DNA of 64,000 nucleotides from Rhizophagus irregularis. Taxonomy: Eukaryota. This document shows, one piece after another, positions 24,939 through 36,539 of the stretch. The DNA is taken from NCBI RefSeq assembly GCF_026210795.1, contig NC_089434.1:2542001-2606000 (forward strand), written 5' to 3'. Under the pieces are notes generated by a model. That model did no database searches. It was not told where the DNA came from and was given only the letters and a program-made list of their open reading frames with translations. Position numbers and translations under genes: made by a program. Every line of letters begins with the position of its first letter. The stretch's first letter is position 1.

Positions 24939-26240
24939 ATGACGGTTAAAGCTAACACCATGGTTAGAAAAACAAGAAGTAATAAAAAAGATACAATCTG
25001 TAAACATTGTAGTCATAAATGCTCAACATCCCAAAAACTTCATGAGCGTCTTAAGCAAAAAAATCTATGCAAACTATTACAAAAGCAAAAGGAAGTAGCT
25101 TATTATATTCAAATGCCAATTCAGGTGCTTATTCAAAAAGCTAATCAACAGGCTATCCAAGCTTCTGAAATCAAAGCACAGGTAGAAAGCTCTAGTATAA
25201 ATATAAGTAACAAGAAGAAGCCACGTGTGGTAATCCCAACTCTAGTTCCTAAGCTAGAACCTGAAAAGGAAGTTCCAGTACTTGGTGTCGACTACATCAC
25301 AGAAGAGGAGGAAAAGAATTGAATCAGTCCAAATACTCATAAACCCAGAGAGCGAATTAAGTCATGAGGAGCAAAATTGCAAAAACATTGAAAAGAATTA
25401 GATCTGAGTGTTGAGCTATATGAAGCAAATGATCTAGATGGTTGTAAAACCCTTTTCCATGATCTTGAACTAAATGATTCAGAGGCAGTTTACAGGTAAA
25501 TAGATAAACTGTACTGTACGGTCAGCTAAACTGTACTGTACGAAAATATTTTAGCCAATCATAACTCATTGTATACTTTTCAAATTTTTTAAATTTTTTT
25601 TATTTATCGTACAGTAAAATTTGATTGGTGAGTTCTCACTTCGTACAGTACAGTTTAGCTAACTGTACAGTACAGTTTATATGTATACTCGCAGTTTACC
25701 TATCAATATTAAAAGAGTTAGAGTCTGAAAGCAGTTTTGAACTTGAAACACAATCATTTAGGAAAGGTAATAAATTTAAGAATTTGATCAATAAAGAATT
25801 TGAACGCTTAGGAGAAATTAAGGAGCACAAAAGGTTTGAGAAGGATTTAGAATTTAGGGAACAAGAAGAATTGGGAATTGCGATTAAAAGAAGAGCTATA
25901 GCCGTATGTACATTGTGCAAAAGTTTTCAAATCCCATCCAGATAATAGAAACGATATACGAAAAATGTTAGAAAGCTAAAGAAAACAGTTTAGAGAAATA
26001 CTTGAAAAGGAATTCAATAAGCGTAAACAATTTAAGTTCGCCCTATGTTCTTTTACTAAATTTCTTATAAATGATAAACCTGGGAATGAAAAACAGGAAT
26101 AAAAGAATTTACGAATTGACTGGCTTAGAAATAAGCAAATTATAGTTTATAATAGAGATGAAATAGATGATTACTTAAGCAATACTTTTGAACAAATCCT
26201 ATACCAAGTAAAGGAAAGAGAAGGTAAATTTAATGCTTGA
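24939..26240 (+). pseudogene. Degenerate zinc-finger ORF, possibly the N-terminal region of a Maverick-type protein-primed polymerase gene
   Basis: CKHC...H.R near the N-terminus; downstream KEFNKRKQFKFAL...EIDDYLSNTFEQILYQVKEREG resembles the segment preceding GSGW in Maverick/adintovirus PolB; many stops; adjacent to the integrase. Confidence 0.4.
25494..25690. mobile_element. MULE-like MITE
   Basis: TIR core ataaactgtactgtac...agctaaactgtactgtacg; 9-bp TSD GCAGTTTAC at 25485-25493 and 25691-25699. Confidence 0.85.
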
Positions 26241-26244
26241 AAAT

Positions 26245-27570
26245 ATATTTGGAAGGTAATACTGTGTCTAGCGGGATGATTTGTAGTTCTTCTTTTACAA
26301 ATAAATATTTAGGACCCTTGTAAAACTTGTAGAGAATAGGCTGATTTTCTTTTATCAAATAAGAACCAATTGTAAAGACTTCAGGAGACCAATTGCAATC
26401 AGTTGCCCTTTTTCTCCTACCTTCTAATTCACCAGGTTTTAAAAGGTAACGAACTTCAGTATAGCTAGGTAAAAGTGGTTCATTATAATCAACTGGTCTC
26501 CTATGTTTGACAGAAAGTCTAACTATTATTGTTTTATTATTTAATGCCTTTTTTACAGCCTCATTCCCTATAAAAAGTATTATACTTAAAATATACTTAA
26601 AATATATTATGAAATATATTATAAGAATATTTTAAGTATGTAAAAAATATATCTATAATATACTTAAATTTTAATTTAAATATAATTTAAGTATATTTTA
26701 AGTATTTGAGTATTTGAGCAAAAATTAAATATATTAGAAATATATTTTAAGATAATTTTAAATACATTTTAAGTATATTATAAGTATTTCGCAATTTTTA
26801 AATTAAATATATTTTAAGTATATTTTAAATATATTTTAAAAAGTTTTTAATTATATTTTAAATATAAATACTTTTTATAGGGATTAGGAAACATACATAT
26901 TAACTGAGTAGGAGTATTATTGTAAATATCATCATTTATACAAAGTCTCTTAAACCATGCTCTGGATCTATTAATTAAAGGCAAATGAAAATCTTCAGCA
27001 TCTTGCCAAAAGGAAGCATATTTTTCAAATTCTTGATGGTCACGTTTAGCAATAGCTACATTACATTTAGAGTTAACATACTGAATTCCAACATTATAAT
27101 TGAGTAATAAATCTTTACATTCGCTCATATATTCAGTACCTCTATCTACAATAAAATCTTCAGGCGAGTTAAAAAAATCATTAGGATCATTGTAAATTTT
27201 CTGAATTTCTTTAGCCATTTATGCAGAAGATTTATCAGTTAATGCAAAACTACGTCAGTACCTAGTTGCAACATCTTTGATAATAACCCTATACTTGTAA
27301 ATATGATTACCTACTTTATCATGAGGCATGGAGGTAGTATCAGATTGGTGCACTTTATTTAAAAATTGTATATTATTAAAGGAGGCATACTGAATAAATT
27401 TTGGTCAAGTCTTGTGAATCTGATGCAAAGCCTGCTTGTTTAGCCAATTCTTTATAACAGCCAAAGTAAACTCATATCTGGCTTTCTTACAAGCGGTTTG
27501 CATTTTTTCAGCAGTCCGATAATATTCCTCAGGTCTGTAATAAAATTTCTGTAAAGTAAAATTCTGATCT
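26245..27570 (-). pseudogene. Retroviral-type (rve) integrase of Maverick/Polinton type
   Basis: WLNKQALHQIHK...VHQSDT...IIKDVATRY...VDRGTEY...AIAKR...YNNTPT...NWSPEVFTI...EELQ; in-frame stops; interrupted by a MITE. Confidence 0.8.
26566..26882. mobile_element. MITE with CCCTATAAAAAGTATT TIR and 3-bp TSD
   Basis: TSD ATT at 26563-26565 and 26883-26885; removing it restores the integrase frame (MFPNEAVKK). Confidence 0.9.
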
Positions 27571-28129
27571 AAGTTTCAAGTTTTCTAAAGATCGATATAA
27601 ATAACCAATCTTTTGGCTTGGTGCTTTTTTATTCCAATTTTTATAATTACGAAAAAAAATTAGTATCTATGAAGTCAAATTCTACTCATTAGCTGAGGCA
27701 CTTTTTTCCTTACGCTTTTGTTTAACTTCTATCTCCTTCTGCAGGTTTAATAGAGTACATCAGGAAATTTTTTGGGGAGCAGATCTGCACAGATCTTATA
27801 CCCTGGCGCAAAACATTAGAGAAAAAATCCAATAAAAAACTGCGCAGATTTTATAAATAACAAAGTTCTGCACAGATTTTTAAATAAAAAACCTTCGAAA
27901 TACCTCAGCAATTTTTTTCAGTAAAAATCTGCGTCACAATAATACAAATTAATTTATTGCATTAATTACTAACTTATTTATATAATCAAAATTACTTTTT
28001 TATTATATATTAATAAGTTTACAAATACAATTGAAATCTATTATTAGTCATTGCTATTCATCATCTCTTTACTGCACATTTACATATTGTTAATGGTTTG
28101 GAACATTGTTCCAGTTGGTTTGATTCCAA

Positions 28130-30090
28130 CAAACAATTAGCAAAATGGAAAAAAAATCTATACAAAAATAAAGAAAAAATGAACATTAGTATAAAGTTCG
28201 TAAAGTTCATTGAAAAAAAAGTAAAAGAAGAATTTCAAAGTAATTACCTTGAATATTACTTTGAAATTTTGTTCAGAAACCCGTCTAAAGTCGTAGAACC
28301 TAAAAAAATTGAACGTTAGTTAACATTCATCAAATAATTTATTAAAAAATAAACTTTTAAAGGTTTTACCTTCAAAAATGAGTCCAGAACTATACCTCAG
28401 TATTCTGGACCTACAAAATATAAAAACGAACGTTAGATAACATTTGTTAAATTAAAAAATATATATAAAAATTAAAGAATTTTAAAGTTTACCTTTGAAA
28501 TTCGCGTCCAAAAAGCCATGGGCCTACAAAACCTATAAAAAAAATACAAATGAAACGTTAGTCAACATTTCACCAAATAAAATTAAAAACTTTCAAAGAT
28601 TATATTTTCAAAATGATGTCCAGAGTACTTTCGGTGTTCTGGACCTACAAAAAATAAAAATGAATATCAGTAAATGTTCGTTAAATAAAATTAAAAAAAA
28701 TAAAAAAATTTTAAATTTTGAAGTTTTACCTTCGAAATTCTGTCTGGAGAGTCAAACCCCTAAAGAAAAAGAGAAAGCTGAAACGTTAGTAATGTTTCGC
28801 TAAAATAAAATAAAAAAAAATAAAAGTATACCTTTGAAATTCTTTTTAGAAGGTATCCGAAATGATGAAGACCTACAAAAAATAGAAACGTTAGTAAACA
28901 TTTCACTAAATAAAAAACATAAAAGAAAGAATTTTGAAGGAATTTTACCTTCGAAATTCTGTCCAGGAGCTGTAAAGTCAAAACCTACAAAAAATAAAAT
29001 GAAGCATTAGTAAACGTTTCATTAAATAAAATCAAAAAAAAATGAAAAAAATTAGTATTTCGATGATAAATACCTTCAAAATTCTATCTTAAAACGGCTG
29101 AAAAGCCGTGGATTTATAAAATAGAATGAAACGTTAGTTAACGTTTTATTAAGTAAAAAGCAATAAAGAAAAGAATTTCAAAGTTTTTTACCTTTGAAAT
29201 TCTGTCCAAATAGGCGATTGGAAAGTCGTGGAAACCTATAAATGAAAAAACCAAAATGTTAGCCAACGTTTCGTTTAAAAAACAAAAACTGTAATTTCGA
29301 AGTTTACTTTCGAAATAATGCACAGAAATCAACATGAGTCAAAGGTAAATACCTTCGAAATTCCGTTGGAAAGCTGCAAACCTAAAAAAAAAGAAATATA
29401 AATGTTAATGAACATTCATTTAAATAAAAAAATTCAAAGGTTAAATTTACCTTCGATTTGGGAATTCAGAACTCAGTTTCAGATTCTTTTGCCTAAAAAA
29501 AAAAGAAACACGAACGTTAGTTAACGTTCGTCAATAAAAATATGAAAAAAAATAAATTTTTTGAAGGGTTTTACCTTCGATATGAGAGTCTGTCAGCTTC
29601 CTTTACCTAAAAAAAAAGTAATATGAACATTAGTTAACGTTCACTAAATAATATTAATAAAATAAAAATCCACTTTTTTTTGAAGTATACCTTCAAAATT
29701 CTTTCGTTCAGGAGCCAGAAAACCAAAGCCCTACAAAAAATAACCAAAACGTTAGTAAACGTTTCGTAAATTAAAAGCAACAGAAAAAAAATATAAAGAA
29801 TTTAGAGGTTTTACCTTCAAAATTCCATCAAGAAGGTTGAAAACCTGCAAAATAAAAAAATTGAAACATTAGACGTTTTGATTAATTTTTAAAATAAAAA
29901 AATAAATATTTTGAAGGTAAATACCTTTGAAATTCTATTCCTAAAAGCTGGAAGTGCCTGCAACCCTACAAAAAAGATAAATAAAACGTTAGTTAACGTT
30001 TTGTTAAGTAAAAAACAATAAAAAAAATTGAATTTCGAAAGTTTCAGTTACCTTCAAAATTCTTCTAAAAATCTCTGAAACCTACAAAAA
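28130..30090 (-). repeat. Tandem micro-exon/intron array, family B
   Basis: Minus-strand units TTCGAAG|GTAAAA(C/T)CTTCGAA ... AAACGTTTACTAACGTTT ... TTTTGTAG|G. Confidence 0.8.
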
Positions 30091-31110
30091 AATTCGAAAG
30101 AAAAAAATTAAAACGGAACATTAACGTTCTGATAAAAAAAAGAATTAAAAAAAATTTTGAAACGTTAAATAATTTTGATAAAAAAAAGTTATTTCAAAAC
30201 ATTTTTAATGTTTCGATAAAAAAATTAAGAAATCAGAACGTTTACAAACGTTCCAATAATAAAAATTAAAAATAATAATAAAAATAAAATTCAAATCGTT
30301 TATTAATATTTCGATAAAAAAATAAATTTCAAAACGTTACTAAACGTTTCGATATAATATTTATAAAAAAATAAATCAAAACGTTAAATAACGTTTCGAT
30401 AAAAATTTTAAAAAAAATATATTTTAAAACGTAAAATAACATTTTGATAAAAAAATTTTTTAAAAAAAATAAATTTCAAAACATTTTTTAACGTTTCAAT
30501 AAAAAAATTAAGAAATCGGAATGTTAGCAAACGTTCTAATAACGAAATTAAGAAATTGGAATGTTAGCAAACGTTCCGATAAAAAAATAAAAAATTTTGA
30601 AATGTTTTTTAACGTTTCGATAAAAAATTAATATATCAGAATGTTAACAAACGTTCTGATAAAAAAAAGACTAAAAATTTGAAACGTTTTTAACGTTTCG
30701 ATAAAGAAATTAAGAAATCAGAACGTTAGAAAACGTTTTGATAAAAAAATAAAAAATTTCGAAATATTTTTAACATTTCGATAAAGAAATTAATATATCA
30801 GAACGTTAACAAATGTTCCAATAAAAAAGGACTAAAAGTTTGAAACGTTTTTAACATTTCGATAAAGAAATTAAGAAATCGGAATGTTTGCTAACGTTCT
30901 GATAAAAAAAATAGAAAATTTCAAAACATTTTTTAACATTTCAATAAAAAATTAATATATCGAAACGTTAAAAATATTTCGATAAAGAAATTAATATATC
31001 GGAACATTAACAAATGTTCCGATAATAAAAGAACTAAAAATTTGAAATGTAAAAACGTTTCAATAAAAAAATTAAGAAATCAGAACGTTAGCAAATGTTT
31101 CAATAAAAAT
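30090..31110. repeat. ~35-40-bp palindromic satellite (GAACGTT-N-AACGTTC-GATAAAAA)
   Basis: More than 20 copies of g(a/g)aacgtt...aacgtt(t/c)cgataaaaa. Confidence 0.85.
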
Positions 31111-32359
31111 AAAAAAAGAAACTTTTTAAAAAGATTAAGTTTTGAAATAGTTTAAATAAATGTCTAAATTTAGCTGATCAACTCACATGACTAATCAGCA
31201 GCTCTTTTCAATTTGCGACATAAAAAAGTTTTAGTATTATAAAAGCGGAAATCTGCAAAATCGCAGATTACCGCAGAATTTTTCTAATAAATCTGCAGAA
31301 ACCTGCAAAATTGCAGATTACCGCAGAAATTCATACATAAAAAATTGGAAACTTGCAAAATTGCAAATTGTTGCATAATTTTGTAAAAAATAAAAAGCAG
31401 AAATCTGCAAAATCGCAAATTTCTGCATAAATTCACAAAAAAAATGTGGAGATCTGCTAATTTTACAGATCTCCGCAGTTCTGCATCTTAAAAAATTTCC
31501 TGATGTATCAAACCTTAGGCGAATTGCAAGGGGATTATCTTCTGGCTTAGTGAGATTAAATACAACAAACTCACCTTTTTGAAGGTAACTATTAATAACC
31601 AGCAATGTATTTTTTACATTATTATAACGTCCAGAAATGTTATTGCGCCATAGTCACGTGATACTGTTCTGGTGCCAGAACACCCTTAACACATATTCTG
31701 ATTTTTTTAGTATAGTAATACCTGATAATTGGATTTGCTTTTTTTCTGCTTTAAAATTCGCTAATCAACATATTGATTTTAGAAATCACACAATGATGTA
31801 ATCCTACATCTTGTACTTGTGATAATTTAAGTACTACTTCTAGCAGGATAATCTTACACACCACCTCACATGTTACGAATATTAATAGTATTGGTTACAC
31901 TGCATAAAGGGTGTGACGTTTTATGTAGGTGACAAATAGAAATCAGACCACAAAAAATTTTCTAAGTCGCTGAGATAAATATAAATAACACGGTCGCTGC
32001 CAGCATAGATAAAAGTCCTGATGATCAGCAGATTACACAAAATTTCATATAGAAATTTCATATGCCGATTAGTAACTTTGTTCATGATAAAATTCCGATT
32101 TGTTATAATAACCCTATTCAAATTTTACGCAATTATTCTTTTCAACTTTCTTTAATGTACTATGTTATTACATCGCAATACATCGCAAACACTTAAAACT
32201 TTACTTTGATGCGTAAATTACAGTTTTGTAAGGTAGCAAAAGAAAGTTAAACCAGGTTTTTTTGGAAGTTATTCGCTAATATATAACCAATAATTATTTA
32301 TTATTTTAATAGTTTCAAATATTGGAAATTAAAGAAAACTACTTTACTAACTATCCATC

Positions 32360-35100
32360 TTTTGAAGTCGTTCGTTTAAATTAATATGTATATTTTCAAC
32401 TTCATTATTATTTAATGGTTCATCTTCATTGTTTTCTCTATCTTGACTACCTTCTATATTTTCAATATCTTTATCTATTAGCTCATTCATGGAACTATTC
32501 AAACGGTTTAAAAAGGAATCAACATTTTTTTGTATTCCTTTTTTAAAATACTCAAGACAATAGCGGCATCAAAAATCTAATGATGCATATCAATTAGTAT
32601 GATAACCATGGCTGCAAATAAGAATCTGGCATTGTTCTTGTTCATTTAATACTTCATGATAATGATTACATTTTCCTAAAGCAGGAGGGTATCCAGTACT
32701 ATATCCAAGAGGTAATTTAATTACATCTAAAGTTCCCATAGTAATAGATTCATATTGTAATTTAGATCTTTTTCTTTTTTTTCTTTTAGGAGGAACAGAA
32801 GAACTCAGCTCAGATTCTTTCTGTTTAATTGATTGAAAAATAATTTGGAATTGATTTAGCAGAAAAATACTGGTTTTGTGTGTAAAGAAATCTAATTCAG
32901 TTACTGAGTAAGGGTAATTCTTAAAATTGCAGTATACTTGTTTAAAAGTAGAATACTTGTGGGAATCTTAAAAAGAAAATGAATTAAATTTTAATAAAAA
33001 CAAATATTAAAAGTCAAATCAATAGATTATCTAATAGGTAAGCTTACTGTTATATAGTTATACTATTGTCTTTTAAGGAAGTAGTAGTTCAAATTTGAGA
33101 ATGCATATTTTCCACCCAATAATCATTAAAATTAACTAAATATTTTGCTATTGCTTCTTTCATAGGATGTCTATTTTCTTCCCAATAGAATATATCACAC
33201 AGGTCAAAATGCTAAAAATCAGCAAAAAAAATGGTGTGAAAAGCAGTAGTTATTCTTGGCTATTCTTGGCTATTCTTGGCTGTTTTTGGCAATTTGTGAA
33301 TTAACCTATATTATTTGTAAATAGTTTATATAAATTTGCGAATAGTTTATGCAATTCTAGCCATTTTTTTTTGCCTGTTTTTGGTCATTTGACATGTGTC
33401 AAATAAAAAAGCCAATGGTGTTTTATTATAGTTTTTTCTATTCCATCTTAATGCAAATGTCCAGATTCTAAAGATTGTTTCAACGTATTCATTAAAAGTA
33501 CCAGAATGAAATAATATAGCGTAAATATCTAGAGCAGCAGGTGTAGTATTGTCTAATAGATCTATTAATATTCGAAATTCAGGATCTTTTGTATTTCCAA
33601 ACTTATCAATAATCTGAATTCTAATAATTTGCCATCCTTTATGTAAAAGTTCTAATAGTAGATTAATTCTCCAAGACTTAGGCTTCTTTGCCAAAACTTT
33701 TCGAGTTCCAAAGACACTATGAAACATTTTTTCAATAAATGAATAATAAACTTTTACAATTTGTTCACGAGTATTTAAAGAGACCAACATGTAATAGGCC
33801 AAATATAGGTAAAAATGATTTGATTTCTGGTTTAATATTTCTTCCATTTTGTAGTTGTGTTATAGCTTTACAGATAAAAAGTTGTCCTGGCCAATCTGCA
33901 ATAATTGGCGCAATATAACCATTTAGATGTTCATTATACTGAAGAATTATATCTAATCCTTTTAGATAATCTTCTAAGGAATGTAATTGCTGTTTTTGAA
34001 TTTTTACCAATATAGTTTTTTTCATTTTGCGTTCTTCTTTTCGTTCTTTAGTAGCATTTTTATACATATAAATAGTAAGTTGTTCAATTGGATTAAAAGT
34101 AAGTAAAACATTATTTTTTGCTTTTATCCATTCATTTTTTTTTTGTTGTATAAGACTTATCTAACCATTTTTGATAAATATTTATTAGGTTTTTACAAAT
34201 TAAGATCCAATCTATATTAATTGGATTGTGGACTGATATTTCATTATATATTATTGGTATTTGATTACAATTTTCAATTTTCTTACTTAAGCAGGTAGCC
34301 ATATGAATAGCTTTACTCAATATTGTATTATCTGGACATCTTTTTTCATGGATATTATGATAATCATTCAGATTATATACAAGTAAGTTATCTTTTTATG
34401 ATATTTTATTAAATTATTTTAATTAATATTTATAGGTTTATATATAACAAATTACTTACATTATTATTAAAAAAATTTTTAATTCTACTAGAATGTTGTG
34501 TTGATATTCATTTTTTTTTGATTATATAAGGTCATGTAGGTTATTGTAATTCCAGCATTATTTAAAGTATTTAATGCTTCTGAAGATGATTCACAGGTAT
34601 TTAAATATATTCCAAATTCAATTTTAAAAGTGTTTACTTACATATTTCGAATGCTAGCTATAAGATATAATATTGTAATAATTTTTTTTTGTTTTTCCAC
34701 TTTTTGACTTTTTTTCAACCTTTAGGCAAAAATATATTACAAATTTTGTTTAAAAAATTATTAAGATCTTCATTTCTTTCAGTAAGACAATGATCGAATT
34801 CTTCAGGATCAAGAATAAGATCCATAGATTCTTTATGCTGCATTTGATAAAAAACTGTAGTTATTTTTTAAAATTTAGAAGCTAAAGATATTCCTTCAGA
34901 AGATAATTCAGGTTCTGATTCATTTTCATTGTTCTGATGGTTTATTTTATTACCTTCTACAATAGACATATAATGAGGAAAACAAATTGTATCATATAAT
35001 TTTAAATATGGATATATGATTAATGTTCCATGATCTTTAGCTTTATTATAAGCTAATTTTGTTAATCTTCAAAAATTTGAAGAATTTTTTGAACATTGTT
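32360..35100 (-). pseudogene. Degenerate transposase-like gene (Academ/DUF6589-like motif order) with C-terminal Cys/His cluster
   Basis: NDYHNIH...IIADWPGQ...FGLLHVSLN...NYNKTPLAFL...WVENMHS...CSHGYH...CRYC; many stops and frameshifts. The family assignment is tentative. Confidence 0.5.
33198..33398. mobile_element. CACA-terminal MITE with 3-bp TSD
   Basis: TIR caca(g/t)gtcaaa; TSD TCA at 33195-33197 and 33399-33401; removal restores AFLFDIFYWEE. Confidence 0.85.
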
Positions 35101-35311
35101 GAATAGAACAAGAACCAAGTAATTTTTGAGGTTCTATTTAGAATGTATTTTGGAAAATTTTTTTATTAATCTTAGAAAATAAAATAAAAAAAACTGTCGC
35201 TAAGCCTGCAATCACGTGATAAAATTTTAACCAATAAAATTAACTATCCAATAATATTGCTAAATTTCCAACCACGTGTTAATAAACAAATCATTAGGAC
35301 TTTTATCTATG

Positions 35312-36422
35312 CAACAGGGCGGACATGCATTATATCACAATGTCGATCACTTGCCGATCATGATATAAGTGATATCACGTTAAATTTGAAGCTTTATTCT
35401 AAGCAATAAATGTTCTGTTAAATTATTTTATTTAATAGTTTCATTTATCAATAAATTAATATAAAAGTATTGTGGCAAAATAAGGTGTGTTTCCAAAGTT
35501 AGATTTTACATCAAATTTTCAATAATTAATATATATGCTATATATATGCTGATTATCTGCTAACGTGACTTTGAAGCTTTGGGCGAAGCCACAGATCTTC
35601 GGGCGAAACTTGAAACTTTTACAGTATATTATTTAGGTATTCAAGAATCAATGGCTAAAATAAACCTGGATAATTTTTGATAACCCAAAAGTTATCATTA
35701 AATAAATGTTTACAATTATTGTAAAATTAATATATGTCTGATATTTGACAAAATCTTTATGAATTACAGGGCGGACATCCCCATATTATCACGATATTGC
35801 CGATCATTTTGCCGATCACTTGTCCAATATTATCACATAAAAAAATACCGCTGAATTAGTTTTTTCACAAATTCTACATAATAATGTATAAAATTTCGAT
35901 TTTATTTACTTTATTTTATTTATTGTTAATAAATTAGTTCTTAAAATAATTCATAAAGATTTTGTCAAATATCAGACATATATTAATTTTACAATAATTG
36001 TAAACATTTATTTAATGATAACTTTTGGGTTATCAAAAATTATCCAGGTTTATTTTAGCCATTGATTCTTGAATACCTAAATAATATACTGTAAAAGTTT
36101 CAAGTTTCACCGAAGATCTGTGGCTTCGCCCGAAGCTTCAAAGTCACGTTAGCAGATGATCGGCATATATATAGCATATATATTAATTATTGAAAATTTG
36201 ACGTAAAATCTAACTTTGGAAACACACATTATTTTGCCACAATACTTTTATATTAATTTATTGATAAATTAAACTATTAAATAAAATAATTTAACATAAA
36301 TTGTCAGAACATTTATTGCTTGGAATAAAGCTTCAAATTTAACGTGATATCACTTATATCATGATCGGCAAGTGATCGACATTGTGATATAATGCATGTC
36401 CGCCCTGTTGATGTCCGCCCTG
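35312..36422. mobile_element. Foldback element with ~450-bp inverted arms
   Basis: 35312-35765 is the near-perfect reverse complement of ~35949-36410; 10-bp direct repeat TTTATCTATG at 35302-35311 and 36423-36432. Confidence 0.85.
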
Positions 36423-36539
36423 TTTATCTATGCTGCCGCTGCTATCACGTGGCCATGTGACAAAATCATCACCCTTCTAGCAAACGTAACCTAGCGAATA
36501 AAATCGTCACACTTTAACCTAACGAATAAAAATCTAATA

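Larger units (their letters stand above)
27758..31505. mobile_element. Non-autonomous TIR element (CAT...ATG termini, 2-bp TSD) with minus-strand micro-exon/intron array, family B
   Basis: TIR CATCAGGAAATTTTTT; TSD TA; ends homologous to 43959-47582. Confidence 0.9.
27690..31640 (-). pseudogene. C-terminal fragment of A32-like packaging ATPase, split by insertion 27758-31505
   Basis: VINSYLQKGEFVVFNLTKPEDNPLAIRLRFD|TLLNLQKE is paralogous to the fragment at 40610-40830. Confidence 0.6.
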
